Assembly: GCA_002269645.1 (NCBI GenBank)
Contig: NIVC01000607.1
Location: forward strand, 11,694 to 75,693
Direction of reading: 5' to 3'
DNA: 64,000 nt
Source: Macrostomum lignano
Lineage: Eukaryota
The position numbers and the translations under genes are program-made. Shown piece by piece: positions 16,501 through 29,803 of the stretch (positions within the stretch are counted from its first letter, which is position 1; the number at the start of each line of letters is the position of its first letter). Under the pieces are notes generated by a model. That model did no database searches and was not told the DNA's origin. It worked only from the letters and a program-made list of their open reading frames with translations.

Positions 16501-19500
16501 TAGAGTAGATTAGAGTAGAGTAGATTAGAGTCGAGTAGATTAGAGTAGATTAGATTAGAGTAGAGTTGATTAGAGTAGAGTAGATTAGAGTAGAGTAGAT
16601 TAGAGTAGAGTAGATTAGAGTAGAGTAGATTAGAGTAGGGTAGATTAGAGTAGAGTAGATTAGAGTAGAGTATATTAGAGTAGAGTAGATTAGAGTAGAT
16701 TAGATTAGAGTAAATTAGAGTAGAGTAGATTAGAGTAGATTAGAGTAGAGTAGATTAGAGTAGATTAGATTAGAGTAGAGTAGATTAGAGTAGAGTAGAT
16801 TAGAGTAGAGTAGATTAGAGTAGAGTAGATTAGAGTAGAGTAGATTAGAGTAGAGTAGATTAGAGTAGAGTAGAGTGGATTTAAGTTCCGTAAAGTAACT
16901 TGCATAGAAGTCGATGGACATTCCAAACATACATGTAACTGGAACCCTCACTGAAAACTATTGCTAATAAAAATCGAACACTACACATCCTTACGAGCGT
17001 ACAAAGTGTGCTTAATCGAAATTCATTGAATAGTGAAATCAAGTCAATTAGTTTTAAACCTCAAGATCTCCGCACTTAAAAAAGATACTAAAAGATACAA
17101 ATTCTCTTTTACGAACTTTAATTGCATCATGAAAAATTATAAATTCAAAGTGCAGTGAAAGCAGACAAGAAGTGCAGTAGTGAGGAGAGAGATGGAGAGA
17201 GAAAGAGAGGAGGAGAGAGAGGGTGAGGGTGAGAAGGAGAGAGAGTGAGAGGGAGAGAGGGGGAGAGGGAGAGAGGGAGAGAGGGGGAGAGGGAGAGAGG
17301 GAGAGAGGGGAGAGAGAGGGAGAGAGGGAGAGAGGGGAGAGGGTGAGAGGGAGAGAGGGGGAGAGGGAGAGAGGGAGAGAGGGGGAGAGGGAGAGAGGGG
17401 GAGAGAGAGGGAGAGAGGAGGGCACCTCCAATCTCAGGCACTGACATGGTAACGGTAGAGAGGACTGAACAAAGTCAGTTTAATTGAATTGCCGATATTT
17501 CGAAATTATTATATTTCTTCGTCAGGGCAAGTGAAGGGAGAGAGGGGGAGAGGAAGAGAGGGGGAGAGGGAGAGAGGGAGAGAGGGGGAGAGGCAGAGAG
17601 ATGGGTTTTGGCAGCGACCGCACGCGGAACTCGTCAGCTGTACATGCTGACCGTGTTCTCGGTGTACACTCAACAGGAGCCAACCGGGCACTCACTCCAG
17701 CAGATGATCGAACGCTTGAAAATTGGTCCTCGCTTCGCAACGTTTCGTTGGAGTATCGGCCAAGTTGGTCTGAACTTGGCTGAGTGCCAACACCGTCTGC
17801 ATGCCGCTGGGCGAGTTGATGCCGTACTCGCCAGGATAGGGGATCGTGTCCTGTCAACAGAAATCAATAGATTGCCTGTAAGCAGTGCCAGGCATTATCC
17901 TGGCGCACTTTGAGCGACATTGTCACACAACCGGCGAGAGGCATTGCTGCCCATTCCGCCGACTCCCCTGAGCAGGCACACGAGCGCGCGGATACGTACG
18001 CAGTCATACGCACAGGCACACACTCACAGGAGTGTACAGCGGCCCTAACTTTATTTATCGTTAGGCATGTACACTTCACTGTGCCTTGGGGTTGGTCCTC
18101 AATGCCGCTAATTGCAGGAGCAGAGCCCAGCCAAGATTCCAATTCAGCCCTAAATTAATGTGACTGCACTTGGAATCGAGCCTGGGCCGCTGGCACATCA
18201 GAGCGCCGCGCCAGACCACTGGGCTACGGCAGCGGGCTCATAGTAGCCTCTGATTGGTTGGTTTTTAAGTCACGTGACCTACAGGTCTGAAAATAAATAG
18301 CAAGCAACGTTTACTTTGTTTGTTTTGTAGGTAATCCTACTATGCGTAATCCCAGGTATTGATCTGAACAAAATATAGCAAATCTTTTATGGAAATTCAG
18401 ATTCCTGGCTTAAGCTCCCATTGACACCATAATTTGCATCGCTAAATTAGCACTCGAAGATTTCTCCTGCCCGTGTCTGAAACCTTCAGCTAGAAGTTGG
18501 CGCAAATGAATATTCAACAGATTCTGGCTGTCATTGTTGCCGATAAATCTCGGCTGTTGTGATTTAATTAAATGAACTGCATTGTAAGGAGCAAACACCT
18601 ACATGGGGTATGAGATTGATGCCTTGGTATCTGTGATGTTTCGGATTCACGATAGGGTTTCCAGTTTTTGTAATGGGATGCCAGTTTGTGTAATGGGTTG
18701 CCAGTTTGTGTAATAGGTTGTTAGTTTGTGTAATGGGTTGTTAGTTTGTGTAATGGGATGCCAGTTTGTGTAATGGATTGTTAGTTTGTGTAATGAGTCG
18801 CCAGTTCGTGTAATGGGTTGCCAGTTTGTGAAATGGGTTGCCAGTTTGTGCAATGGGTTGCCAGTTTGTGTAATGAGTCGCCAGTTTGTGTAATGGGCGC
18901 CACATTGAGTGTGAGAGGCGCCATTTTGAGTGTGAGAGGCGCCACTTTGAGTGTGAGAGGCGCCATTTAGAGTGCGAGAGGCGCCACTTTCAGAGTGTGC
19001 TGGGAGGAGTCCTTTACACACCGGAAACGAGACAGCAACCAGAAATCATCATATAAACTGCAATGTGCTTTCTAACAGGCATACCAGCTAAAAATGAGCT
19101 CAAAGTTAAACTGAGTTCGCGGCCTTCATCCCAGGCCTCAGCATCATTTGAATACATCAGCGCATAATTTGACTCAAAAAACATCTCCAGTAGCAAGCAG
19201 GAACAGCCGTAAGTCATTTTCAGCCACATCTTCCGGGCGGCGAGGAGGTTGCAAAAAATTAATGAATTTTCCTAGTGACCCGCATTTCTGCCTTAATAGC
19301 TCCTACGCACCGGGTCTGCAGTCCCCTGAGGCCGGCTTGAACTCTCTCGAAAAATTTGGCTCATTTGGTAGTGAATTTTATGAATTTATTCTCATTTTTA
19401 CTTCTGGAGAAATTAGACAGAAAAAGGAACTCCTACGTAGGAGGAATATCCGGAACTGAAATACCCGGAACTGAAATACCCGGAACTGAAATACCCGGAA

Positions 19501-22500
19501 CTGAAATACCCGGAACTGAAATACCCGGAACTGAAATACCCGGAACTGAAATACCCGGAACTGAAATACCCGGAACTGAAATACCCGGAACTGAAATACC
19601 CGGAACTGAAATACCCGGAACTGAAATACCCGGAACTGAAATACCCGGAACTGAAATACCCGGAACTGAAATACCCGGAACTGAAATACCCGGAACTGAA
19701 ATACCCGGAACTGAAATACCCGGAACTGAAATACCCGGAACTGAAATACCCGGAACTGAAATACCCGGAACTGAAATACCCGGAACTGAAATACCCGGAA
19801 CTGAAATACCCGGAACTGAAATACCCGGAACTGAAATACCCGGAACTGAAATACCCGGAACTGAAATACCCGGAACTGAAATACCCGGAACTGAAATACC
19901 CGGAACTGAAATACCCGGAACTGAAATACCCGGAACTGAAATACCGGAACTGAAATACCCGGAACTGAAATACCCGGAACTGAAATACCCGGAACTGAAA
20001 TACCCGGAACTGAAATACCCGGAACTGAAATACCCGGAACTGAAATACCCGGAACTGAAATACCCGGAACTGAAATACCCGGAACTGAAATACCCGGAAC
20101 TGAAATACCCGGAACTGAAATACCCGGAACTGAAATACCCGGAACTGAAATACCCGGAACTGAAATACCCGGAACTGAAATACCCGGAACTGAAATACCC
20201 GGAACTGAAATACCCGGAACTGAAATACCCGGAACTGAAATACCCGGAACTGAAATACCCGGAACTGAAATACCCGGAACTGAAATACCCGGAACTGAAA
20301 TACCCGGAACTGAAATACCCGGAACTGAAATACCCGGAACTGAAATACCCGGAACTGAAATACCCGGAACTGAAATACCCGGAACTGAAATACCCGGAAC
20401 TGAAATACCCGGAACTGAAATACCCGGAACTGAAATACCCGGAACTGAAATACCCGGAACTGAAATACCCGGAACTGAAATACCCGGAACTGAAATACCC
20501 GGAACTGAAATACCCGGAACTGAAATACCCGGAACTGAAATACCCGGAACTGAAATACCCGGAACTGAAATACCCGGAACTGAAATACCCGGAACTGAAA
20601 TACCCGGAACTGAAATACCCGGAACTGAAATACCCGGAACTGAAATACCCGGTACTGGACCAGACACCAGAGTGCGCAACTTCAACATTTGTCTTGATTC
20701 GTATAAAGGTATGAATGCATAAAAACAGCCTACGATTGTATAGTTATCGGGAAGAAATATTGCAAGCGGCAGAAAGATTACACACAGCATGAAGTGTAGG
20801 ATGCTACACAATAATTTTGTTACACTGCGTGCCCTTTTCTGTTTAGCTAAAGATAGAAACAGAAAAAAGCCAACAATATGGCTTGCCGCACACACACACA
20901 CTGATTATGGCACTTTGTCATTGCCGAATTGTCTGACTGATTTCTCTTTTCTTTTTCGAGTACAAGCAGACCGTCTGGAAAAAAATTGACTGACTTTGCA
21001 GGATCTAAATTGACTGCGTGACGGTGGCCGTCTGTGCCATGTTAATTAATTCAGTAATACAATCAGGTAATGTAGGGATCTAAAGACCGGTAGGTTTCCG
21101 CCCTAAAAGACAGGTAGGTTGTCGCCCTAAAGACAGTAGGTTGTCGCCATAAAGACAGGTAGGTTGCCGGTCTAAAGACAGGTAAGTTTCTGCCCTAAAG
21201 ACAGGTAAGTTTCCGTCCTAAAGACAGGTAAGTTGACAGGTAAGTTTCCGTCCTAAAGACAGGTAAGTTGACAGGTAAGTTTCCGTCCTAAAGACAGGTA
21301 GGTTGTCGCCCTAAAGACAGGTAAGTTTCCACCGTAAAGACAGGTAGGTTGCCGCTCTAAGACAAGTAGGTTGTCGCCATAAAGACAGGTAGGTTGTCGC
21401 CCTAAAGACAGGTAGCTAGCCGCTCTAAAGACAGGTAGGTTGCCTCTCTAAAAACGGATACCCTCATCAGCGAGGGCAGTTTCAGCTTATACATAGATAA
21501 GAAATACAATATACAATTCAAAATGCAGCCACTACCCAAACCCCAAAGCGCAGACCAATAGTCCAGATTCCCTATACCAATCTATCCCCCCACTCTTGTG
21601 CATCGCGTGCATTTTATTTCCATAAAGACTTAGTCGGCCAGTTCTGCCAGAAAATCCCAATCTTCTCGCCAACCTTCCCCGAGGGGAATCCGCAGAGACA
21701 ACCGAGGGAGTCGAGTGGGGGGGGAGAGAGGGGAAAAATGCGCACTGGCGTTTAAAAATCCCCAAGCCGAAAGAAAGTCTAAATAGATCAGCAGCAGCGC
21801 CTTGCGCAACTGCCGTCTTATAGCGATCGCGCGTCCCATATTCTAGACTGGGGATTTGATTTAATTTGTCCTTAGCAACTGAGTTGTGTTCTTTCCCGGC
21901 TGTGTTCTTCCTGGCCTGCTCTGCTCTCCGCGATCCTCTCCTGCCTCCATCTCCGTTTTAGAGCACCTCGGTGTTGGGTGAGCCAAGACTCGGACAGACT
22001 ACCAGTATAAACCAGTATAAAGCAATCAGTTTAAATTTATACGGAGCAGCAGCTAACGATTGAGACCGAAATTTTAGACTGGCATAGAGAAAAGACAAAC
22101 AGAGACAAGTTAGACAGAGACATATAAAACAGAGATAAAACAGAGACAAGACAGGACATGCAGGGACAAGATCGATAGATTTAAGACCATATGGATGAGA
22201 CAGGACAGAGAAGACAGAAACGCGGCACAGAAGCGGGAGAAACTCAGACGACTTCAAGAGGGTAGGTCGTAGAAAAGCCAGTTCAAGATCGTAAGGTCTT
22301 CCTCCCCGTGCATTCTGACCCCTCTTGACTTGGCTTCGCGTTTGGGGTCACTCGCATTTCACTCTTGAAAAATTATTTTGAGGACGTTTATAGCTGCTCC
22401 AATTGAAAGCGATCTTGGAGGACACTTATTGAACAAGCCGATTTCGATTTTGATCTATGGCTAGTGGAACCTATGAAAGAAAAAACACCTTTGCAACTTG

Positions 22501-23931
22501 AAATAAGTTCTTGCCTAAAGAGCGCCAACTTGATGTCTAAGGAGCGTCTAAATTGATACCGAAAGAGCGCCAGCATGATGTCTAAGGAGCGTCTAAATTG
22601 ATGCCTAAAGAGCGACAACATGATTTCTAAGGAGCGTCTAAATTGATGCCTAAAGAGCGTCAGCATGATGTCTAAGGAGCGTCTAAATTGATGCCTAAAG
22701 AGCGTCAGCATGATGTCTAAGGAGCGTCTAAATTGATGCCTAAAGAGCGCCAGCATGATGTCTAAGGAGCGTCTAAATTGATGCCTAAAGAGCGCCAACA
22801 TGATTTCTAAGGAGCGTCTAAATTGATGCCTAAAGAGCGTCAGCATGATGTCTAAGGAGCGTCTAAATTGATGCCTAAAGAGCGTCAGCATGATGTCTAA
22901 GGAGCGTCTAAATTGATGCCTAAAGAGCGTCGTCAGCATGATGTCTATGGAGCGCCAACATGATGTCTAAGAAACGTCAACATGATGTCTAACCGAACCT
23001 TTTGATGCACGGCAACCCTCAGGCCGCCAGTCTCCAGGCCCGTGGTGACGATCTCGCTATAGTAGTCGATGCTCTGCTTGACGTCAACACTCGGACTGTA
23101 CAGGATGAGCACGAGGCCTTTCTCAACTCCGCTAGATTTAATCGATCGACTGTCGGCTTTAAACGAGAAACAATTGCCGTAGCCTCTGTGGTAGAAGACG
23201 GTGAAGTTGGCCTCGCTGCAGCGCTCCTGATTGTACTGGCAGTAGATCAGCATGTCGTAGATCCTGGCGCTGGCGGCGCTCATGTTGAACTTTGGCCACG
23301 AGTGCACCGCGTGCTCGAAACTGGCGTAGGCAATTTTGATGGCTTTGACCCGGCCGGCCGACTCCTCTTGCTTCGGATGAGGACCGGACGAATCTGGAGT
23401 GGACGCGAAACCGTAGCCCAGCATGTAGCTGGCTGTGAAATAATCGCTAATCTCGCGCGATTCAGTTCTCAACGAGTCTGAGTTGAGCGTTAGAAACTTT
23501 TTCATCAACGGGTCGCAGAAAGTGACGTCCGGGAAGGTGAACTGGTTGGTGAGCAGTCTGGTGGTGCTGGACACCGGATAGGCTCTGAACAGGCTGATCT
23601 GCTTGTAGGTGTGCAGCGTGAGGCCGGTGACGGCTCCCAGGACTACGCAGCCCCACAGCAGGCGCAGCCACGGCACCTGCTGGGCAAAGAATCTGCCCAG
23701 ACCGTGAGCCGAGGTCCTTCCAGCGAAGCCGTGCAAGTTGGTGTAGAGCATCCGCTGCCGGTGATGATGCCGCAGCTTCCGTTCGCACTCATTTGTTGTC
23801 GAGTCGACGAAGCTGCTTGTGCAGTCGCCTCCATCGCAGCGGAGGCCGAATGACTCCGTCAGCGGGTTCATGGTGGATTTGCGATGGGGTCGGATCGACA
23901 TGGGAGGGTCAGAATCGAGCTTCATATACAC
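13564..23931 (-). CDS. DEG/ENaC (amiloride-sensitive Na+ channel / degenerin family) subunit, channel 1, ~735 aa
   Basis: Exon 23931-22999 has the TSAHG motif, TM1, FPDVTFCD, CQYNQERC, GNCFSF and GLRVAVHQK|. Exon 17850-17696 reads DTIPYPGEYGINSPSG...KRC. Exon 15511-14670 has the thumb CGC, CLNIC, QSRWP and YELVNLFSDLGGIMG|. Exon 13841 to stop 13564 has LWIGVSVVTLCEF (TM2 GxS filter). Phases 0, 2, 1 all match. The 3' end may be spliced to further exons near 12458-12790. Confidence 0.93.
13905..14600. repeat. ~39-43-bp minisatellite in channel-1 intron 3
   Basis: CCCTGCACCCACCTCACGCCTCACCCCAGTATT(CATT)CCTACC units. Confidence 0.9.
15953..16876. repeat. (TAGAG)2TAGAT 15-bp / pentamer satellite
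   Basis: Continuous TAGAGTAGAGTAGAT tract. Confidence 0.95.
17190..17600. repeat. GA-rich low-complexity tracts
   Basis: GGGAGAGAGG-type runs at 17190-17415 and 17535-17600. Confidence 0.85.
17899..18233 (-). mobile_element. tRNA-derived SINE (family 2), full-length copy
   Basis: Minus strand starts GCTGCCGTAGCCCAGTGGTCTGGCGCGGCGC...GGCTCGATTCC (A and B boxes). The body is nearly identical to the copies at 55253-55515 and 60586-60937. Confidence 0.8.
18655..18995. repeat. Adjacent ~21-bp and ~22-bp minisatellites
   Basis: CCAGTTTGTGTAATGGGTTG-type units, then GCGCCATTTTGAGTGTGAGAG-type units. Confidence 0.85.
19449..20652. repeat. Near-perfect 15-bp minisatellite (~80 copies)
   Basis: CGGAACTGAAATACC repeated, with a single 1-nt deletion near 19944. 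Confidence 0.98.
21085..21450. repeat. 23-bp minisatellite
   Basis: TAAAGACAGGTA(G/A)GTTGTCGCCC units. Confidence 0.88.
22510..22995. repeat. 45-bp minisatellite abutting the channel-1 exon 1 donor
   Basis: AGCATGATGTCTAAGGAGCGTCTAAATTGATGCCTAAAGAGCGTC units. Confidence 0.92.
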
Positions 23932-24384
23932 GACTGGTTAATTCTATAAGATCGAGTCTGATTGGCTGCTAAAACTGGAGCCCAGCGAGTCGCAGTTGGC
24001 GCAGAACGAAGTGGGTCAATTAATCTATGAAGGACTTCAAAAGTCTGTCGCAGTTATGTTGATAAAATTAGCCAAAATCGAAAAGAAATGGGCCAAACAG
24101 AAATTTGAAATTCTAGCGAAGCTTTAATAAAGCCAGTCTGTCGCGTATCTTTACGTAAAAATGACTGCAGGAATGAATGGAAATATCGATAAAAGTAGCG
24201 TTTTTACCGAAACAGACTACTAAATCTTGCTTAAATTGTGCATAAATACTCATTAGAAATATCTATAAGCACTTTAAAGATTGGTATCTACACGGTATCT
24301 ACTAAGATTGGTATCTACACTTTATAAAATAGCTGAGACTAAAAAGTAAATTTCAAGACAGGGTGGGTGTCTGAGAACAGACAG

Positions 24385-25056
24385 GGACTGAGACAGGAAT
24401 AATTAGGGACTGAGACAGGGATAATTAGGGACTGAGACAGGGATAATTAGGGACTGAGACAGGGATAATTAGGGACTGAGACAGGGATAATTAGGGACTG
24501 AGACAGGGATAATTAGGGACTGAGACAGGGATAATTAGGGACTGAGACAGGGATAATTAGGGACTGAGACAGGGATAATTAGGGACTGAGACAGGGATAA
24601 TTAGGGACTGAGACAGGGATAATTAGGGACTGAGACAGGGATAATTAGAGACTGAGACAGGGATAATTAGGGACTGAGACAGGGATAATTAGGGACTGAG
24701 ACAGGGATAATTAGGGACTGAGACAGGGATAATTAGGGACTGAGACAGGGATAATTAGGGACTGAGACAGGGATAATTAGGGACTGAGACAGGGATAATT
24801 AGGGACTGAGACAGGGATAATTAGGGACTGAGACATGGATAATTAGGGACTGAGACAGGGATAATTAGGGACTGAGACAGGGATAATTAGGGACTGAGAC
24901 AGGGATAATTAGGGACTGAGACAGGGATAATTAGGGACTGAGACAGGGATAATTAGGGACTGAGACAGGGATAATTAGGGACTGAGACAGGGATAATTAG
25001 GGACTGAGACAGGGATAATTAGGGACTGAGACAGGGATAATTAGGGACTGAGACAG
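24385..25056. repeat. 22-bp minisatellite
   Basis: TAGGGACTGAGACAGGGATAAT, ~30 copies. Confidence 0.95.
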
Positions 25057-25075
25057 GAAAAATGCAGAGACCATA

Positions 25076-26905
25076 AAAGTACACAGACCAGAGCAGTACA
25101 CAGACCAGAGCAGTACACAGACCAGAACAGTACACAGATCAAAAACAGTACACAGATCAAAAACAGTACACAGATCATAGCAGCACACAGACCAAAACAG
25201 TACACAGATCAAAACAGTACACAGATCAAAACAGTACACAGACCAGAACAGTACACAGATCATAGCAGCACACAGACCAAAACAGTACACAGATCAAAAC
25301 AGTACACAGATCAAAACAGTACACAGATCATAGCAGCACACAGACCAAAACAGTACACAGATCAAAACAGTACACAGATCAAAACAGTACACAGATCAAA
25401 AACAGTACACAGATCATAGCAGCACACAGACCAAAACAGTACACAGATCAAAACAGTAGACAGATCAAAAACAGTACACAGATCATAGCAGCACACAGAC
25501 CAAAACAGTACACAGATCAAAACAGTACACAGATCAAAACAGTACACAGACCAGAACAGTACACAGATCATAGCAGCACACAGACCAAAACAGTACACAG
25601 ATCAAAACAGTACACAGATCAAAAACAGTACACAGATCATAGCAGCACACAGACCAAAACAGTACACAGATCAAAACAGTACACAGATCAAAACAGTACA
25701 CAGATCAAAACAGTACACAGATCAAAACAGTACACAGACCAGAACAGTACACAGATCAAAAACAGTACACAGAGCAGAGCAGTACACAGACCAAAACAGT
25801 ACACAGATCAAAACAGTACACAGATCAAAACAGTACACAGATCAAAACAGTACACAGACCAGAACAGTACACAGATCAAAAACAGTACACAGAGCAGAGC
25901 AGTACACAGACCAAAACAGTACACAGATCAAAACAGTACACAGACTAGAACAGTACACAGACTAGAACAGTACACAGATCAAAAACAGTACACAGAGCAG
26001 AGCAGTACACAGACCAAAACAGTACACAGATCAAAACAGTACACAGACCAGAACAGTACACAGACCAGAAGAGTACACAGAGCAGAACAGTACACAGATA
26101 AAAACAGTACACAGAGCAGAACAGTACACATCAAAACAGTACACTGAGCAGAACAGTACACAGACCAGAGCAGTACACAGACCAGAGCAGTACACATATC
26201 AAAACAGTACACATATCAAAACAGTACACAGAGCAGAACAGTACACAGAGCAGAGGAGTACACAGAGCAGAACAGTACACTGACCAGAGCAGTACACAGA
26301 TAAAAGCAGCACACAGAGCAGAGCAGTACACAGACCAGAGCAGTACACAGACCAGAGCAGTACACAGAGCAGAACAGTACACAGAGCAGAACAGTACACA
26401 GAGCAGAACAGTACACAGAGCAGAACAGTACACAGAGCAGAACAGTACACAGAGCAGAACAGTACACTGACCAGAGCAGTACACAGATAAAAGCAGCACA
26501 CAGAGCAGAGCAGTACACAGAGCAGAGCAGTACACAGACCAGAGCAGTACACAGAGCAGAGCAGTACACAGAGCAGAGCAGTACACAGACCAGAGCAGTA
26601 CACAGAGCAGAGCAGTACACAGACCAGAGCAGTACACAGACCAGAGCAGTACACAGACCAGAGCAGTACACAGAGCAGAGCAGTACACAGAGCAGAGCAG
26701 TACACAGACCAGAGCAGTACACAGACCAGAACAGTACACAGAGCAGAACAGTACACAGACCAGAGCAGTACACAGACCAGAACAGTACACAGAGCAGAAC
26801 AGTACACAGAGCAGAACAGTACACAGAGTATAACAGTACACAGACCAGAGCAGTACACAGAGCAAAACAGTTCACAGAGCAGAACGGTACACAGACCAGA
26901 ACGGT
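25076..26905. repeat. 17-bp minisatellite with a variant gradient
   Basis: CAGTACACAGATCAAAA on the left, shifting to CAGTACACAGAGCAGAA/ACCAGAG on the right. Confidence 0.93.
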
Positions 26906-27439
26906 TAGGCTAAGACAAAGTAAGCTGTAAAAGAGTAGCAGAGGGAGACAACAGTTATATAGAATTGTAGAGAGAGATGCCAGAGGTTGAGAAGAATAGG
27001 AACGAATTAAAACACACACACACATATCTAGCTCGTATCGGCCATCGAAGGCGCCTAGAAAGGCAATGGAGGTGCCAAAAGCCCGAGCCTTAAGCTATAT
27101 ATACCTGCCTAATTAGTTTTCGTATGTTGGAGTAGGTTTTCTCATGCACAGCGGCATTGTGATGCTCATTTTTGGGGTCGCTAACCCCCTAGCCAAAGAG
27201 TTGAACAATATAAAATTTCAAAGCCCAGAGTCCAATTTGAGCTATAAAACTGTTTGACAGAAATAAACTGCTGCAGCATCTGGTTTTAAAACTTAGAGAA
27301 AATTTTGCAGTTTTTAACGCAATCACTTTGAGAATGCAGCAACGCGAACGGAGTGGCACTTTGTTCAGCTACTTTAATAGCAATGATGGGTGAGTGAGAA
27401 TTCTGTGCTCTGGATGGTTGCTAACGTGTGTTGTGGCTG

Positions 27440-28322
27440 TTGACTCATTTTTGGCGCTATATTGACTCTTTCTAGTAGCTGCTGACTCATTTTAGGCGCT
27501 ATGCGGACTCTTTCTAGTGGCTACTGACTCATCTTTGGCGCTATACTGACTCTCTAGTAGCTGCTGACTCATCTTTGGCGCTATACTGACTCTCTAGTAG
27601 CTGCTGACTCATTTAAGGCTTTATACTGACTCTTTCTAGTGGCTGCTGACTCATTTTTGGCGCTATGCTGACTCTTTCTAGTGGCTGCGGACTCATTTTT
27701 GGCGCTATACTGACTCTTTCTAGCGGCTGCTGACTCATTTTTGGCGCTATTCTGACTCTTTCTAGTGGCTGCTGACTCATTTTAGGCTTTATGCTGACTC
27801 TTTCTAGTGGCTACTGACTCATCTTTGGCGCTATACTGACTCTCTAGTAGCTGCTGACTCATCTTTGGCGCTATACTGACTCTCTAGTAGCTGCTGACTC
27901 ATTTTAGGCTTTATGCTGACTCTTTCTAGTGGCTGCTGACTCATTTTTGGCGCTATGCTGACTCTTTCTAGTGGCTGCGGACTCATTTTTGGCGCTATAC
28001 TGACTCTTTCTAGCGGCTGCTGACTCATTTTTGGCGCTATTCTGACTCTTTCTAGTGGCTGCTGACTCATTTTAGGCTTTATGCTGACTCTTTCTAGTGG
28101 CTACTGACTCATCTTTGGCGCTATACTGACTCTCTAGTAGCTGCTGACTCATTTTTGGCGCTATGCTGACTCTTTCTAGTGGCTGCTGACTCATTTTTGG
28201 CGCTATACTGACTCTTTCTAGTGGCTGCTGACTCATTTTTGGCGCTATACTGACTCTTTCTAATGGCTGCTGACTCATTTTTGGCGCTATACTGACTCTT
28301 TCTAGTAGCTGCCGACTCATTT
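27440..28322. repeat. 42-bp minisatellite
   Basis: GCTGACTCATTTTTGGCGCTATACTGACTCTTTCTAGTGGCT units. Confidence 0.93.
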
Positions 28323-28699
28323 TCGATGCTTTTAACTCATTCTCCGTCACGGGTACTGACTCACGCAGACTCACGTACGCTCGTAGCATCTTATACATGC
28401 AGTTGTCTAGCTACTCTAGTACGAGTGAAGCCAGATCTACCAGCAGCCAAGGCATTTTTACTCAAAACTGGCAAGAAAAAGTACTCTAGTACACCGAGCG
28501 GAAGAGAGATGGAAAAATTGCTAAGCTTGCCCTGTCCCTGACCAAACAGTTGCTATGGCGACCGCGAGAGTTGTTGCAGCTTCTCTTTTGCTATGGGAAA
28601 ATTATTCTATCCCACACATAACACGACCGTTCCTTCCCATCCAAGTTCATGAAGGTGTCAGTCCAAGGCCTTCAAAAACTATTGGCTTATCTTGCCCCC

Positions 28700-29803
28700 T
28701 GACTCCAGTTTTAGTACAAGTGATGACTCCTAGTTTTGGTGCCAGTGACTGTTTAGAGTTTCGGCGCCAGTGACTCTTTAGTTTCGGCGCCAGGGATTCT
28801 TTAGTTTTGGTGTCAGTGACTCTTTAGTTTTGGTGCCAGTGACTCTTTAGTTTCGGCGCCAGGGATTCTTTAGTTTTGGTGCCAATGACCCTTTAGTTTT
28901 GGTGCCAATGACCCTTTAGTTTTGGTGCCAATGACCCTTTAGTTTTGGCGCCAGTGACTCTTTAGTTTCGGCGCCAGTGACTCTTTAGTTTGGCGCCAGT
29001 GATTCTTTAGTTTTGGTGCCAATGACCCTTTAGTTTTGGTGCCAGTGACTCTTTAGTTTTGGTGCCAGTGACTCTTTAGTTTGGCGCCAGTGACCCTTTA
29101 GTTTTGGTGTAAATGACCCTTTAGTTTTGGTGCCACTGACTCTTTAGTTTTGGTGCCAGTGACTCTTTAGTTTCGGCGCCAGTGATTCTTTAGTTTTGGC
29201 GCCAGTGACTCTTTAGTTTTGGTGCCAGTGACTCTTTAGAGTTTTGGTGCCAGTGACTCTTTAGTTTTGATGCCAGTGATTCTTTAGTTTTGGCGCCAGT
29301 GACTCTTCAGTTTTGATGCCAGTGACTCTTTAGTTTTGGTGCCAGTGACTCTTTAGTTTTGGTGCCAGTGACTCTTTAGAGTTTTGGTGCCAGTGACTCT
29401 TTAGTTTTGATGCCAGTGATTCTTTAGTTTTGGCGCCAGTGACTCTTTAGTTTTGGTGCCAGTGACTCTTTAGAGTTTTGGTGCCAGTGACTCTTTAGTT
29501 TTGATGCCAGTGATTCTTTAGTTTTGGCGCCAGTGACTCTTCAGTTTTGATGCCAGTGACTCTTTAGTTTTGGTGCCAGTGACTCTTTAGTTTTGGTGCC
29601 AGTGACTCTAGAGTTTTGGTGCCAGTGACTCTTTAGTTTTGATGCCAGTGATTCTTTAGTTTTGGCGCCAGTGACTCTTCAGTTTTGATGCCAGTGACTC
29701 TTTAGAGTTTTGGTGCCAGTGACTCTTTAGTTTTGATGCCAGTGATTCTTTAGTTTTGGCGCCAGTGACTCTTCAGTTTTGATGCCAGTGACTCTTTAGT
29801 TTT
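28700..29803. repeat. 23-bp minisatellite
   Basis: TTTAGTTTTGGTGCCAGTGACTC units. Confidence 0.93.

Noticed and set aside
21954-22361. Possible solo LTR in channel-1 intron 1
   Set aside because: It looks LTR-like in composition but has no clean TG...CA ends and no matching TSD.
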